A stretch of 63,926 nucleotides of DNA, filler included, from Vannella sp. (Eukaryota), in NCBI GenBank assembly GCA_023345925.1. It is 6 parts of 6 records of this genome, joined end to end, with 100 filler letters (N's around TTAATTAATTAA, not from the genome) between each part and the next. Parts side by side here need not be neighbours in the genome. Positions count along the whole stretch, not along the records: positions 1 to 5,853 come from JAJQQN010001317.1; positions 5,954 to 32,140 come from JAJQQN010000953.1; 4 more parts are not named here. One strand, 5' to 3'. The notes beneath the pieces were generated by a model. It saw only the letters and a list, made by a program, of their open reading frames with translations, did not search any database and was not told where the DNA came from. Below are positions 1 to 12,900 of this stretch, in pieces. The position numbers and the translations under genes are program-made. Each line of letters begins with the position of its first letter. Position 1 is the first letter of the stretch.

Positions 1-287
1 GTCAAGGAAGCAGAAGAGGCCGCCACCTTCCGACACAACTTGAAGGCCTTCAACCAACAACTCAACGAAGTGTACCAGCAGTAATACACTTCCCCGTCAC
101 TCTCCTCCTCTTCATCCCCTCAATTCCGCCATTTTGCGCGGAACCCCGCCGTTGGGGAGTTCTCTGTACAGGACAGAGCGTAGGGAACATGGATACTCAA
201 GGTGTGTTTGGGGGCTCCCACTTGAGTCCTTGTGGGAGGGGGAAGGAGCGTGTGGGACTTACATGAAGTGCAGTGGCGGACTTTAAC

Positions 288-3200
288 ATGGAGGAGGAGG
301 AAGAGGAAGAGATCAGTCACAGACGGTTAGAAGGCGAGTTTGTAGTCCAGATGAATGGCTCAGGAGCGGTCCATTACCCGATCTATAGCGGAGAGAACGC
401 GATAGGTCGTCTGGACACCAACGATGTCTGCGTGCTGGATGCCACAGTCTCTTCTAAGCATCTCATAGTATCTATCATAGGCGATAGTGCTTGGGTAACC
501 GATCTAGGAAGTACAAACAGGACACGCTTCGTCCGTTCCTTCGAAAAGTTGACCGGAAGTGATGTGGTCCGTCTTGAGCCTAACTGCAAGGTGAGACAGC
601 TCCATTAGCTACTACTACGAACTTCTCATAACTGGTGGCTTCTATGTTCACAGTATCAGCTTGATCATGGCAAGCACCTGATGATGGGGACGGTTCGGTG
701 CACTTTCCTCCGATTAGTTCCTTCTGGTGTTCCTGAGCAAGCTCAAGACCCCCCTCAGGATGATTCAGATGCTTTGTTAGATGCTGAGGAGGAAAGTGCC
801 TTGCGCAGTCCCCCTCTAGTCGCCGATCCGCCAGTGGCATCACCGGATAGTCCAGATGCGCTCATCGGTGACTCCTCACCACCTGACAGTAGAGAGGCAG
901 AAGACCACAAAGAAGCGGGCGAGGGCGAGGGGGGCACTCACGATCAGGACGATGGAGAGACCCAAGCCTACTTCCATGTAGACTTGGATGAAGACATGGC
1001 AGAGACTCAATCATACGACAGTGGCAAGGTGAACGACGATGCGATCTACTTGTCAGATGATTCAGAGGAGGCTGCCACTCCGGAGTATCGCGGAGACGAG
1101 AATGAGGACATGGGGGAGACTCAAGCTTATCTTGGTGACCCAAACGAGGATGGGGCGACCTTAGATTACTCCTTAATGCCTGAAGAAGACAGTCCCGACA
1201 GAACACTCGTTGGCAACTGGAAGCTGCCAGAAGAAGACTCTGTAATGGAGGACGAAGTCAATAGTGGTAGTAGCGTTGACGGGACGATCCACTTCCAAGA
1301 CATTGGATCTCCTTCCCATGAACAGGAGGATTCCAAAGATGAAAGCCCTCCCCTGTCCACTCCAGTAGAAGCGATGAACCCCAAATCGCGAAGTCCTATC
1401 CTTTACAGTCCTTCCGTCTCCTTCTCTGGGATGAATGAGGCCTGGAATGCCAGAAAGAAATCAAATCCTGTCTCTCCAGCTCCTGGATGGAATGAAAAGC
1501 CGACTTCTCAGCTTCAAAGCATCCCGAAGCCTGTTGAAGTGACCTTTGCAGTGGCCGACCAAAAGGACGCCAGCCCCACTGGGTCTGGATCTCGAGAGCG
1601 GAGGCTCAATCGAGATTCCGACCTCCGCTCTCTTTTAGAGTCTCGCCCTCGGATAGTTCCAGAGTCCGATGGCGGCTGGAGGAGCAAATCCAAAGCTCCT
1701 CACTCCACAGAATCTTCAGGAGAGTCCTACTCTCCCTCCGACTATATTGTGAGGGGGACTGAGCTTCCTGAACCAGAGATCAGCTTCGGGGAAGATAGTG
1801 AAAGTCTGGACAAGCAAGTGGAAAAGCAATCTTTTGCAGATGAAGACCAAATCAATGCAGAGGCTCCCAAAGTACTTCAGCTTGCTGACCAAGAGAAGGC
1901 AAGGCTCCAAGAGGCCAACGATAGGGAAGAAGAGGAGCTTCAGATTGAGGAGCAGCGAATGGAAGAGGCGATTAGGCACAAAAAGGCTGAAAAAGAATCC
2001 CGCCGCAAGCGACAAGAGGAGGAGCGCCAGGAAGAAGAGAGGAGGGAAACCGCTCTTCATGAAGAAGCTGAGGCAGCCCGAAAAGCACAACAGAAGGAGA
2101 ACAAACGAAAAGAGGAGGAGAGGCTTCAACGAGAAAAAGAAAAACTTGAAGAAGAGACCCTACTGGCAGCAGCTGCTGAAGCAGAGAGATTAGAACAAGA
2201 GAGACGACTGAAAGAGGAGAGAGCCGCCGCTATTGAGGCAGAGAGATTAGAACGAGAGGCCTTACTAGCAGCAGCCGCTGAGGTGGAAAGATTAGAACAA
2301 GAGGAGCGACTAGAAGAAGAGAGAGCTGCCGCTGCTGAAGCTGCTCGCCAAGAACACGAAAGTGTCGAGGAAGAGAAAAGAGTTGCTGCTGCCACTGCTG
2401 AGGCAGAGAGATTAGAGCGAGAAGCCTTACTAGCAGCAGCCGCTGAGGTAGAGCGATTAGAACAAGAGGAACGACTAGAAGAAGAGAGAGCTGCCGCTGC
2501 TGAAGCTGCGCGCCAAGAACAAGAAAGAGTTGAGGAAGAGGAAAGAGTTGCTGCTGCCACTGCTGAGATCGAGAGGCAAGAACATGTGAAGAGACAAGAA
2601 AAGAAAAGAATAGCTGCAGCTGAGGCGGAACACCAGGAGCAGGAAGAGAATCAAGAGGAGATAATCGGAACCCCTCCACTCCCTGATTCGGATATGGAAA
2701 CCACTTTTCTTTCAAAGGATTCGGACACTCTCCTTGATTCTCACAGTTGGATGAATGATGAACAGAAGGAACAACGAAAAAAGTACCTTGCCAAGTCACC
2801 ATCACAGATCTTGAAAGAGGGATTTGATGCTGCCCCTCCAACAGGCTCACTCACCCAAAGTGCTCCATCACCGCGCTTGAAAACCAAGAAACAAGATGAA
2901 CCCATAGCTACTCTTAAGTTCAAAGCTACCAAGAAGGCATCTTATCATGACTCTGATTCGCCCTCCCGTTCTGATCCAGAGGCAGAAGAAGAGGTTCCTC
3001 TGGTTGTAGTAAAAAGGGGCAGGCCGAAAAAGATCAGCAGCGAGTCCACTACCACCGCTCAGACCAAGAAAGGATCCAAATCAAAGAGATCTCCTCCGCC
3101 AACGAAAAAGACTCCCCAAAAGAAGAAAATGGAGTTGGAGGAAGAGATTGAAGCCGAAAGCCCCGCATCACCAATTTCTCGATTGGGAAAGAGAAAAAGA

Positions 3201-3969
3201 GCTTCTTCTTCCCAATCTAAATCAGCCACTCCAGTGACAAAGAGAAGAAAGGTCTCTCGATCCTCTCACTCCGGAGAGGGAGCCGGACCTTTTGTTATTT
3301 TCACAGGGATTAAGGATTGCAGCACTTTGGAAGAGCAAGTGGACGAACTTGGCGGCTGCATAGCAGAAAGTATAGAGGATTGTACTCACGTAGTAACCGA
3401 AAGAGTCCTCCGAACAGTCAAATTTCTACAGGCAATTGGGTTCAGTAAAAAGATTGTTGGAGTAGATTGGCTGGATGAATCCTCCGAAGCTGGCGAGTGG
3501 CTTGACGGCGACAATTATATCATTTCCGACCCTGTGGCAGAGAAAAAATGGAACTTTGAGCTCCGAGAAACCTTAGATATTGCCTCTCAAGAGCCTCTCT
3601 TGAAGGACCATTCCTTTTACCTCACAAGCAAGGTGGTCCCATCTAAAGATGATCTTCGACAGATCATTGAAAGTGCAGGCGGCACTGTTACCACGCGCGC
3701 GCCTCGGTCTGCAGAAGAGGACGTCATTGTTGTCTCTTGCGAAAAGGATAAGACACAGTAAGTCTCCCGATAGCTGCGCTTCATTTTCAACTGATTAGTA
3801 TTGGTTGTAGGTACAAGAAACTTCAAAAGCTTGGAATAACCGTTTACAACGTTGAGCTTCTTCTTGGTGGCATCCTTCGTCAAGTAAGTCACCTTTTAAG
3901 AAGATTCTGATGTCCTAAACAGTCTTCCAGAAACTAGATTTGAAAGCAAAGGACCATATCCTCTCCTGA
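288..3969 (+). CDS. MDC1-like DNA-damage mediator: N-terminal FHA, acidic TQ region, charged repeats, C-terminal tandem BRCT. Spliced; introns ~591-653, 3758-3810, 3884-3930
   Basis: FHA motif GENAIGR...VSSKH...DLGSTNRT in exon 1. BRCT motifs VIFTG...[17 protein letters not shown] and spliced [13 protein letters not shown]. The GT-AG introns join the ORFs in frame. Confidence 0.8.
2235..2564 (+). repeat. Coding tandem duplication, 2 x 165 nt (55 aa), with a partial copy upstream
   Basis: gaggcagagagattaga...gccactgct begins at 2235 and at 2400 with near-identical sequence ([40 protein letters not shown]). Confidence 0.9.
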
Positions 3970-4036
3970 TCGCAGATAATGAAGATTTGATGTTAGTTAT
4001 CTCGTTTAATGAGGAGCATCGGGAGATTGGTCCAGT

Positions 4037-5371
4037 CTAATCCAGATTCTTGACCAGTTGGAAGGTGTCGTAGAGTTCGCCTGTGTTGGACAAATAGTAG
4101 TTCCAGGTGAGAGTGTTGAATGCGTTGGTCACAATGGTTCCGTATCCGTAGGTTTCATCGTTGCCGTTTGCATACCAAGAAGGCAGGGAGTCGGGGAACG
4201 TGTCGATGCGTTCTCGGTTTCCAGCTCCACCAGCCACCACATGGACAGTCGATGGGGGATCAACAAAGCTCTTGCTCGTCACTGTGTTGTTGTACGTTGG
4301 ATACGTTCGAGCATAAGCGTGAACGTGGCCGGTCAAGAAGATGTCGACTTCATACTGCTTCAAAATTGGTTCGAAGAAGCTCTGCACGTGAGCAGCATAC
4401 CCGTTAGGGACGCCATTGTCTTGCTCCGTTGGAGAATAGATTGCACGATGGCCAAACAGAATGATGAAAGGCACGTTGGCGCGGTTGGCGACAGCTTTGG
4501 CCAAGTCCTCATGGAGCCAGTTCTCCTGAAGGAAATACTGTTGCTGGGCAAGGCGGTCGCGCTCTGCGTTCATTGGACTTGGCTCTGGGTCAAAGGCAGG
4601 GCATCCGGGATAGTCTTGCTCCGTGCTGACAGCAACAAAGTGAATGTTGTAAAAGTCAAAGCTGTAGAACATGTTTGTGCCAGTCCCAGTCTCGTTGCCT
4701 GGCATGCGGAACTTGTCCTTGTACGTGGTAAAGTTGAACGTAGCTTTTGCACACACAGGATTGCGACACCACGACTCGTGGTTCCCTGGAGAGACCATGT
4801 AAGGGACATTCGCCATGCTTGGCTCCATCTCGCTGAACCAGGTGTTCCACGTCTTCTCATACTGCAGAGGGTGGTCATTGGCGTAGGAGATGTCGCCCAT
4901 ATGAACGAACAGATCAAAGTCTCCCTCAGCAGTCCTTTGGTTGAGTTGGTTGATGGTGTTCTTCGCATTGGTGATTCCCAAGTCTCCGTACGCAGCGATG
5001 GTCACTTCTCGGTAGTTCTCTGTTCCCATGGTGGTGAAAGAGAACATGGAGCTCATCGCAAAGGAAGGATCTCCGCAGATGTAGAAGTACGTGGTGCTGG
5101 GCTTCAGGTTCGTAAGAACCACGTTGTGGTTCCATCCAGCGGCGCTGTCATACGAACTCTGGTCAGAAGAGTTCGCGCGCAAGGTGTATTGGTTGGGCTG
5201 GGTTCCATAGAAGACGGCGCTCGTGAGAGTGGCTTCTTCCGTCATCCAGGACACGGCCATTCTCGTCGCATCACCAGCCAACGCGATGTGAACATTCTCA
5301 ATCACGTTCGCTCCCTTGCAAACTGCAAGCAAAGCCAGAAGCAAGCTCAAGGTGGTGAGAGCAGTTGGCAT
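4037..5371 (-). CDS. Secreted purple acid phosphatase (ACP7/PAP family), intronless
   Basis: Signal peptide MPTALTTLSLLLALLAVC, FN3-like N-domain, and all five metal-binding motifs: GDLG, GDISY, GNHE, GH, GHVH. Confidence 0.93.
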   Translation of the reverse strand: MPTALTTLSLLLALLAVCKGANVIENVHIALAGDATRMAVSWMTEEATLTSAVFYGTQPNQYTLRANSSDQSSYDSAAGWNHNVVLTNLKPSTTYFYICGDPSFAMSSMFSFTTMGTENYREVTIAAYGDLGITNAKNTINQLNQRTAEGDFDLFVHMGDISYANDHPLQYEKTWNTWFSEMEPSMANVPYMVSPGNHESWCRNPVCAKATFNFTTYKDKFRMPGNETGTGTNMFYSFDFYNIHFVAVSTEQDYPGCPAFDPEPSPMNAERDRLAQQQYFLQENWLHEDLAKAVANRANVPFIILFGHRAIYSPTEQDNGVPNGYAAHVQSFFEPILKQYEVDIFLTGHVHAYARTYPTYNNTVTSKSFVDPPSTVHVVAGGAGNRERIDTFPDSLPSWYANGNDETYGYGTIVTNAFNTLTWNYYLSNTGELYDTFQLVKNLD

Positions 5372-5853
5372 CGAACAAAAGAATGTCTCCCATTCTCGCT
5401 CTCTGATTGGCTGGAACCTGTAACAATAAATCATAGATTTAAAATAATTACTGAGCCGGTTTCATATGATTAGGGAGGTTCGTAATGATTGGGTTGGGCA
5501 TGATTGAATTTTACAATTTTTCCAAAGAAAAGAGAACATTTCATCGCCCACTAAACGCACTTTTCAACGGACATGGTTACTGGGCCCGAGAACTCTCTCA
5601 GGAAAGAGAGAAAGGAAAACTCTTGCTCACTGTGCGTCAGCTTCTTCCTACTTTTAAACACAAATTCAACCAAGGACTCGATGTCTCCCTTTAAAGGGTT
5701 AACAATCCCCCTCGAATCTTCCTCCTTTCCAAACATGACACAAGTCTTTTATCTTGATTATCAGTGAAAGGGAATCAATTGTGGAGTTAATTCGAGGGAA
5801 AGTAGATATCGAGGAGGTGGCGGATATTTGGGTCGTCATTCTTCCGGACAGGA

Positions 5854-5953
5854 NNNNNNNNNNNNNNNNNNNNNNNNNNNNNNNNNNNNNNNNNNNNTTA
5901 ATTAATTAANNNNNNNNNNNNNNNNNNNNNNNNNNNNNNNNNNNNNNNNNNNN
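5854..5953. other. Artificial contig-join spacer (N44-TTAATTAATTAA-N44)
   Basis: The identical 100-nt spacer, with stops in all six frames, recurs five times in the window. Confidence 0.98.
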
Positions 5954-8775
5954 AACAGCACCACCTCCAACAACGGACCGTACTCCTTTGCTCTCATATC
6001 CCGCCGCGAGTGCTTCCGAACCGGAGCGCGGTTCCACACCCGCGGAGCCGATCCGAAAGGGAGCGTCGCCAACTTTGCTGAGACCGAGCAGATCGTCCAC
6101 TTCAACGGGAACACGTCTAGTTGGGTGCAGACTCGTGGCAGCATCCCTCTGATTTGGTTCCAGCCGCGCTCCATCAACCCTCTCAAGTCCAAGCCTACCG
6201 TGGACTTTTCTCCCTTCAGCGTAGGTCCCCTGCTCGCTGTAGTTGTGGCTCATCTGAACGGGTTGGGATTAGCGTCAGAGCTTCAGGAACCATCTGAAGA
6301 CTCAATTGGACACGTACGGAAGGCAACTGCTCGTCACTTTGATCGACCAGAAGGGCAACGAACAGGAGGTCGGGGAGGCTTATGAGACAGAAGTGCGCAT
6401 GCTAGGCAATCAGGATGTCCTTTACTTGCCGTTTGACTTCCACGAAGAGTGCAAGAACAACAACTACGCTCGCCTTCAAGTGCTTGTTGATCGTGCAGAG
6501 TCTGTTATCAAGCGAAATGGCTACTTCTTGCAAGACGAGAAGGGTAACATCCTCTTAGAGCAACAGGGCAATGTGCGAACCAATTGTATCGATTGTCTGG
6601 ACCGCACGAATGTCGTTCAGAGTCAATTTGGTCGTCTGATGCTCAAAGAGCAACTGGCTAACCTCGGTATTGTGGGCAAAGATGAATCATTCGACCCCAA
6701 CCTTGTGGCATTGCTGAACCATGTTTGGACCAATAACGCTGATACTCTCAGCAAGCGCTACACTGGTGTTGGCGCTTTGAAGACAGATTTCACTCGTACG
6801 GGAAAGCGAAGCGCAAAGGGAGCAGTTGCAGATGGTGTCAAAAGCGTCAGCCGCTTGTATCATAGCACCTTTAACGATGATACCAAGCAGGATGCGACCG
6901 AATTCTTCCTCGGCAAGTTCTCCTTTGAAAGAGCTCGTGACTTCTTGTCTGAACCACTTGGAGTGACTCGCTACAAGGCACTCAAAAAGGGTTCGTGGGA
7001 CTCCAAAGGTGAACCAGTGATTGTGGAATTGGATGGTGTCACGAACAGTCTGGGAATTTATTCTGCTGAGTCTGCCATCTTTAAGAAGCACCCTCTGTCC
7101 GAGATCTGTCAGGTCTCTCGCTATTTGCGCCATTTCTGTGGACTCTCGTTGCTTCTGTCCTCCTCCTCTGTGTCCAAGAGACTCGTGTTTGCCTCTGTTT
7201 TGGAGCGTGAGAAGTTTATTATCCGCTTGGCTCGCATCCAAAGTGGAATGGCACCAGTTAACTTGGCTCCTGCTCCTCTCATTGATGTGAATCCCCCTCT
7301 AATCGATTTGAGTGGAAGTGGAGGTCTGGCTCCCGAACAGAAGCTTCCTGGACTCCCTGTTCTTCCTCCCCGCACTCACAACCAATCAAGTAGCGCCCAC
7401 CGCCCAATCAAGTTCTTTGTGGGTAGTATCAACCACAACTTGAGTTCCTTCCACGATCCTCCAGCATTGGATGGAAGCATCCCACGGGACCGCGATGTTT
7501 ATGTGCTGGGCGCTCAAAACTGCAATTACCAGGTCCCCCGTGAATTCTTCCTTTCCTCTGCAGCACATTGGAGCTACTCCGTTCAGAGCTTCCTGGGAGA
7601 TGAATTCAAAGTGGTGAAGATTAGCAGCGTCGGGAGCCGATTGATCACGATTGTGCTTGTCCGCACTGACCTAATCTTTGCAGTGGGCAACATCGAAGTG
7701 TCTTACACTGTATTAGCTCCCGTTCGAGCAGCTCCCGCCCCTTCGAAACCTTCTGGAGGCTTTGGAGGATTCTTTAACAAGATCACTTCGGAAGTGAAAA
7801 AGGGATTTACCTCTCCCGAGATGACAGCTCCTTCTGAGGCAGAGTACATGGGCATTGCCTTGGCCTTTACCATTCACGAAACGGCAGTGTGCTTCATCAA
7901 CACCAATCGGTGTGACTTGCCCTTCCGCGTTTTGGGCTTTGACTTGGCCAATGACTTCCATCATTGCTTCCTCTTTGGCGATGTGCCAGCGGGGAGTGTG
8001 CGTGAGGACCAGTGGGTCACATTGCACCAAGATAGCCAGTTCGGGAGTATCTTGTGGCGCACTTTACTCGATTCTAACTTGGAGGGGATCGTCACCTCTC
8101 GGCCTGGCTCCGCCGCCAGTCCTTTGCCTGTGAGTGCTTGTTTCACTCTGCGTGCTCTCTACTATGAAGCATCAGAAGCTCAGCTGAAGGCGAAGATTGT
8201 CCTTCACGACTTGACAGCTTTCGACCTCGAGTCTGGCGATCGAGTGCCGCGCCTCTTCGACCCTTATCTTATCATTCACGGTCCTGTTGCCTCCCGCCAT
8301 GCGCGCACGGCCTCAAAACCACGGGTGAGTTCCATTCATAGCGTCCAAACCTCCACTCACTCCCTTTGGCAGACTTTCAGCCCGATCTGGGACGAAGTGC
8401 TCACTTTGCCCACAGTTCCCACTTCGCTGCCCTTCTTGGCGGAGCAATACCTCGTTGCGCGTGTCTACGATCAAGAGGAGGGCTATGTCATTGGCCGTGG
8501 CATCATTCGGATCAAGCCTGGAGCGCTTTCGTTGGGGACGACTTACGACTTTGCAGCCCGTCTTTCTGTCTTTGACGAGACTCGCGGTTTGGTATGTTGC
8601 TTGTTGCTTGGAGAGGCTTTTCCTGACTAGTGATCACTTGTAGCTCCGAGGCAAGTTCTACGTGACGATGGAGGAAGGCGATTCTCAAGAGGAAGGTCCA
8701 AACAGCGCAGCACCTGCTGGTGGACCTGATCCAGACCAGGCTTTGGTCCCTCAGATGAGTTTACTCGACATTTGA
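5954..8775 (+). CDS. 5'-truncated SAC1-domain phosphoinositide phosphatase fused to PH-like, degenerate inositol 5-phosphatase and C2 domains. Introns ~6221-6272, ~8325-8372, ~8592-8643
   Basis: SAC motifs RTGARFHTRG...ANFAETEQI, VQTRGSIPLIW and catalytic RTNCIDCLDRTNVVQ. Downstream 5-phosphatase-like remnants and C2-like DPYLII...PIWDEVL...ARVYD. Confidence 0.85.
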
Positions 8776-8842
8776 GGCAGTTGTGATGCATAAACAGGAA
8801 AGGAAGCGATGTATTAGTCGGGTGTGGGATCATCCCTTCTGC

Positions 8843-9817
8843 CTAGATCTTCTTGGCGTTGTTCACCAAGAGCTGGTTGAAGAGGAGACCATTGGAATCA
8901 AGGTAAATGCGGTTGTTACCCATAGCAAGTGAGAGGGCGATCTCCTTGGCTGCTTCGATCTTGCGAAGGGCGAGGAAGTTGCCCTTGGGGTCCGCCTTGA
9001 TTGCCTCATTGAATTCGATGGCAGCACGCTTCTCTCCGTCTGCTTTAGCGATAATCTCTCTCTTAGTTTCTCTAGCCTGTTGTGGAGGTGATCAGGGAAG
9101 GCTACTAGAGCTACAGAGAGAACCTACCCGGTCGACGATGAACTTGGCGCGCTCTGCGTCCTGTTGGGCAACCTGCTTCGCCTCAATGGCTTGGGTGTAC
9201 TCTCTTCCGAAAGAGAGGTTGGGCTTTTGAGTGTAAGAGGGCTTTCTTCATGAAGGCACGGGAGTACTCACAATGACGACGTTCTCCAGCAGAATTCCAA
9301 AGTCACGAGCGCGCTGTACGAGACGATTGGAGATCTTTTGGCTGACGAGAGTTCGGTTGGTGATCAGTTCTGAGGCAGTGAACTGTGCAACAACACTCTT
9401 TACGACCTCCGTAGCGATGGAAGGCAACACACGCTCGAGGTAGTCCTTTCCAAGACGTTGATAGATGACGGGTAGGCGGGCTACATCAGGGCGAGCCAGA
9501 ACACCAACGGTGATGTCGACCATTTGCAAGTCCTTGGATCCTGTGTTGCATTGAATACGCTTGCTGATGTTACGCGCATTGTAGGTGATCTCGCGCTCCA
9601 GCCAGGGGATCTTGAAGTGGATCCCCTCTCCATACACGAAGCTCCTTACACCAGACAGGCGAGAGAAAATCAGACCCTTGTGACCAGCAGGCACGGTGTA
9701 GAACGAGTTGGAAGCCAACATGATGCCACCAACTCCCAAGCCCAGGAGACCCATCAAGGGTCCCAGCTTTGCCATTGGCACCTTAGCCATGCTCATCTTC
9801 TTCGCGTTCTCCGCCAT
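8843..9817 (-). CDS. PHB2: Prohibitin-2 (SPFH), spliced
   Basis: N-terminal TM, then [44 protein letters not shown], spliced [19 protein letters not shown] and [14 protein letters not shown]. The paralog assignment (PHB2 vs PHB1) is by eye. Confidence 0.88.
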
Positions 9818-9964
9818 CTTCGTCCAGCCAACTGAAAATGATGAAAAAAAGGCGCTTTCCTGGAAATTGGAAAAACCTCTCCTCTTCTCTCTTTCATCAA
9901 AAGCATCGTCATGAATCTGAATTTCTGTAAAATGCCATTTTTGAGAGTTCAACAACTCAGGGGC

Positions 9965-12900
9965 ATGGTTCTCTTGACTGCGAGTGCGCTTCAGGAGAAG
10001 CTGGCGGCGGGACAGGCCAGTCTGCAGCGTACTACTGTGTGGGCTTATGTGAAGTCTATGAAAGTGGAGGGAAGAGTGGAGATGTCTCGGGAGCAAGCTG
10101 GGGTGGAGGTCCTGCGATCAACGTGTCTCCGACATCCTTCTGCTCTTGTGGTGGACTGTACTTTGCATGGTTTGAGGTGGCTTGTTCAAGAAGACATCCT
10201 CTTGTCCGATGAAGCCATCCGTTTGATCCTACGGGAGATAGCTTCCATCCCAACCAGTTGTTTGATGACGATTGCGGACCTTCTTCTCTTCTTACTTGCC
10301 AGAACCAGGGCTCTTGGACCGGAGATACTTATTGGCCTTTCTAAAGAGAGACCAGAACTCGTTGGGGAGATTCTGGCCCTCTACACGTGCGAGCAAGCCC
10401 GGTTAAGGACCGAATGGTCCCTCGTGGAGCCCCTCTTCGCCTTTGTTCTGAACAGCGCCGCAGACTCAGGACCAGTTCATAGCTATCGCTTCAGTCTACT
10501 TTCTTCTCTTGTGCGACACGCCAACACTCTTCTCTACTCCGAGGACGAAGGATCCACTCATGGGTGGGATATCTTTAACTTCTTAGGAGCTCGACTGGCC
10601 TCTTCGTGTATCACAGGTCCACTTGACGTCCTTTTCCACACAGAAATGGTTCTTCACATTGCCTCTTTGTGCCAGGAACTTCACTACCTTGAAGAACTCA
10701 GTCTGGAGGAGTCCAAAGTGACTTTGTGGAGCGTTTTACTCCATCTGCTGTCTTTGTGGGCTGATCTTCGAGAGAACGGGAAAGTTACTCCCAACGCTGA
10801 TCAACAAGGATTCAGGGAGAGTTCAAAGTCGTCAAGAATACTCAGTGGCGACAGGGAGAGTGGAATTCTCATTGCTACGATTCACAGCGTATTCAAGACC
10901 CTCCAAGGCCTTGGAGAAGTTGAAGCAGGTAATCTGGAAGCACAGGGGCTCCTTCTTCTGGGATTCCTCTTGCTAAATTGCAACGAGACGCACCAACTTC
11001 ATATCTTGAAACTGTTGGACGGAATGCTGACTCCTTCAGCCGTCAATACTCCCTATTGCCGCTTATTTGTACTTCCTCGTTTGATTTATCCCCTCCTGCA
11101 AGCTATTTCTTCGCCGAGTGAGATTGTCAAACCACTTGCTAGCCAATTGCTATTTCGTGTTGAAAAATTGGGGTCTTCCTCATCAGCGAATCTTGTGAGC
11201 CACTCCACAGAGTGTCGCTCAGTACTGCCTCCTCTTTTCATGGGAGAGCAGGCTACAAAACTCACCTTCCTCGTAGAATGGAGCTTAAATCTCTTCGTAC
11301 ACGCTTCTTCCATTGAAGGTGGTCTCACAAGCCTCCTAAATGCACACTTGGATCTTCTTTTAGAGCAGCTCAAGCCGGAATCAATCGACTATCTGTTCCT
11401 TTTCTGGAGCGCCCCGTTCCTTTTTCACGGAGCACCATCTGTCCGAATCGCTTCTTGTCGGCTTCTCCGTTCAGTCGTCAAAGAACAACTTTTTGCTGCT
11501 GCAGAACTTCTGCCCTTACTTTTGTACCAATCTGAGAAGGAGCGAGATGAAACTGTCCAATTAGCGTTGCTGGAAACGCTTCCCTCTTTTGCTAGGCATA
11601 TGCAATTGCTTCCAGTGGTCTGGCGGAGTCTGAGTGCTCTCTTAGAAGTTCCATCCTTGCAAGCTCTCGGTCTACGTTTGCTCTGCCGCACCTGGCAGGT
11701 GCAAAGTAGAGCTTTTCGACAGCTCCAAGTGGTCCTCTTGGGATTTTATGGAAGACGGGCAGAGATTTCAACTGAAACAGGATTAGCTGTTGCTGTGTGT
11801 GTGAGGGATATCTGCAAAGATAGCCCCACACAGGGGATGAAGTTTATTTCTTTGATCTCTGAGCTCATCAAGCAAGACTGTCCTCTCATCAAATCTCTGG
11901 GTCTCCAAGCCCTCACCCACCTCTGCGTTGCTGATTGCGTTGAATTCTCAACAGCGTGGGATATCATTTCCACTTATCTCGAGAGAGACGAGCGTCCGCT
12001 TGTAATTGAGCATAAGCTACGCCTATTCGAAAGCGGAGTTCTCGAATCTGACATAGAGAGCGAATCTACTTTGTATCAAATCCAGCAGCTGTGGAGTGGA
12101 ACTCAATCTGATATCTCTGCCGTGAGGGATGCGGCATTTCGCGGTCTGTTCCTATTTGGAACAAACAATCCCGCCTGCCTTGGCTTGGAACACTCGCGAA
12201 GCGACTATTTAGAAGTTCTAATGGATGTAAACCCTCGGTCTGAAGAGAGTGCGTCTGAGCTGGTGCGCCTGGTTCTTCAGGATGAGATCAGCCAAACAAG
12301 GCGCCAGATCGAAGTGGCTTCCCAGGGCAATGCTCTTTACAGTGGCCTTGCCAGGCTGGCTGATTTTGTGGAATCACAATACGTTGAAGCCAAGAAACCG
12401 GCTATCACAGCCGGTCTTGCAGGAGGAAGCCTTTGGAGCTTCCAACCCAAAACTTCCAAACAACAAAAGAAACTGGGTCTTGCTGAAGCCATGCGGATTC
12501 GATTTGAAGAGCTCACAAACGATGTATCAATGAGCACTTGGCTAACCAGGGTTATTGGACTGTCTGGTTGGCTCAGGTTTGCCGGAAACTATCTTCAAAT
12601 CCAACTCCAAGCAGAGAAATCCAAGGCGGAGAAATCTACGAGTGGCTGGGATGTCTACTCCGTAACAATGAGCCATCTTCGCGCGGTGCTATCTGACCTT
12701 CGAAAGAGTAAGCCAGCAGCAGCGGAGAACTGTGCACTGGCTTTGGCCGGGTTCACTTTGGCACTGCCTGTTTCGAAGCACGATCTGATCGAGCAAAGTT
12801 TGGATTATTTGATATCTCTGCTTACTGGAGATACAAGCAATGAGTGCGAACAGCTTGCATGCCTTTTGGCTGTCAGCTGCATATCAAATGCTCTGCCACA

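Noticed and set aside
1..84. Open frame ending at TAA 82-84 (VKEAEEAATFRHNLKAFNQQLNEVYQQ)
   Set aside because: Probably the 3' end of an upstream gene, but too short to identify.
4058..5473. 471-aa + strand ORF
   Set aside because: Antisense shadow of the purple acid phosphatase; no motifs and explained by codon bias.
5854..5953. TTAATTAATTAA palindrome flanked by Ns, recurring five times
   Set aside because: Standard artificial contig linker with six-frame stops; not biological, and synteny across it is invalid.
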